NCBI RefSeq assembly: GCF_001194135.2
Contig: NC_068985.1
Coordinates: 72,853,574 to 72,889,896, forward strand
Direction: 5' to 3'
DNA from: Octopus bimaculoides
Taxonomy: Eukaryota
DNA: 36,323 nt
The stretch's first letter is position 1, and the number at the start of each line of letters is the position of its first letter. The notes beneath the pieces are model-generated. The model was not told the origin of the DNA and ran no database searches. It saw nothing but the letters and a program-made list of their open reading frames with translations. This document shows positions 35,762 through 36,323 of the stretch, piece after piece. A program made the position numbers and the translations under genes.

Positions 35762-35904
35762 TGGACATTATTTACAATTGACGGATATTTGTCCTCATCT
35801 TGTTTGTTGTTAATACAACGTTTCGGCTGATATACCTTCCAGCCTTCATCAGGTATCTTGGGGAAATTTCGAATCTGGGTTCTCATTCCTAAGGTATTTT
35901 TCAA

Positions 35905-35906
<2 letters not shown>
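35762..35906 (-). mobile_element. Short Penelope-like or retrozyme-like element carrying a hammerhead motif
   Basis: Contains the hammerhead below. Bounded by the (AAT)n tract on one side; the other boundary is approximate. Confidence 0.6.
35812..35857 (-). ncRNA. Minimal type I hammerhead ribozyme
   Basis: Minus strand GATAC-CTGATGA-A-GGCTGG-AAGGTATA-TCAGCC-GAA-ACGT-T-GTATT. All core nucleotides present. Stem I 5 bp (1 GU), stem II 6 bp (1 GU), palindromic ACGU stem III. Confidence 0.85.

Positions 35907-35962
<56 letters not shown>
35907..35962. repeat. (TTA)n microsatellite, about 18 units
   Basis: Direct reading. Confidence 0.95.
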
Positions 35963-35965
<3 letters not shown>

Positions 35966-36323
35966 TAGTTTTATTTTTATATCGTACTTTCACTTCACTA
36001 CCAAGCGCAGCTTTGTGTGCCTTCGGTATGTGCTGTGGTTTGCTGTGGTGCTCTTATGGTTACTGTATTGAAAGTGTTTCGCGTAGGATGTGTGCAGTAC
36101 CCAGTAGTGCAATTTTCTGTATGTTATATATATTTGTAAGTCCTGGTGTTTTTGTTATGTATTTGTCTGAATATTTTTTTATTATACCTAAGGCGCCTAC
36201 TATGATAAGAGTTGTTTCTGTTTTTAGATTCCACATTCGAGTTACCTCTATTTCCAGGTCTTTGCATTTTGAAAGTTTCTCCATTTCTTTTAGGGAAACG
36301 TTGTCATCTGCTGGTATTGATAC
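35963..36323 (-). mobile_element. 3' end of a restriction-like-endonuclease (RLE) LINE, R4/Dong-like
   Basis: Open frame from the window edge to 36060: VSIPADDNVSLKEMEKLSKCKDLEIEVTRMWNLKTETTLIIVGALG...IQKIALLGTAHILRETL. About 100 nt of 3' UTR then (AAT)n. The clade assignment is inferred from the motif pattern. Confidence 0.8.

Overview
AT-rich, repeat-dense eukaryotic draft scaffold with six N-gaps (3102-3600, 8971-9902, 12125-12320, 20380-20556, 21789-22010, 35244-35252). The repeat landscape suggests a coleoid cephalopod such as Octopus; this is an inference, not a database result. One complete protein-coding gene is supported: ALG11 (+ strand, coding exons 13889-14112, 16099-17024, 20994-21277, 477 aa). 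A candidate coding micro-exon of a second gene lies on the - strand at 34443-34462. The remainder is tRNA-derived SINEs, decayed LINEs (L1/Tx1, RTE x2, CR1-like, R4/Dong-like), a hAT relic, MITEs/foldbacks and micro/minisatellites. The main hunt results are: (1) a minimal type I hammerhead ribozyme motif of the Penelope-associated kind with an intact core (35812-35857, -), abutting an (AAT)n tract and an R4/Dong-like LINE end, plus a decayed hammerhead inside an ALG11 intron; (2) a 62-bp tandem array just downstream of the ALG11 stop, each unit folding into three back-to-back hairpins with a covarying pair; (3) a 294-bp near-perfect foldback with tRNA-like arms; (4) a TIR element with a central telomeric-repeat palindrome; (5) modular and head-to-tail SINEs. 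All alignments and folds were done by eye. No CRISPR, rRNA or intact tRNA gene was seen.
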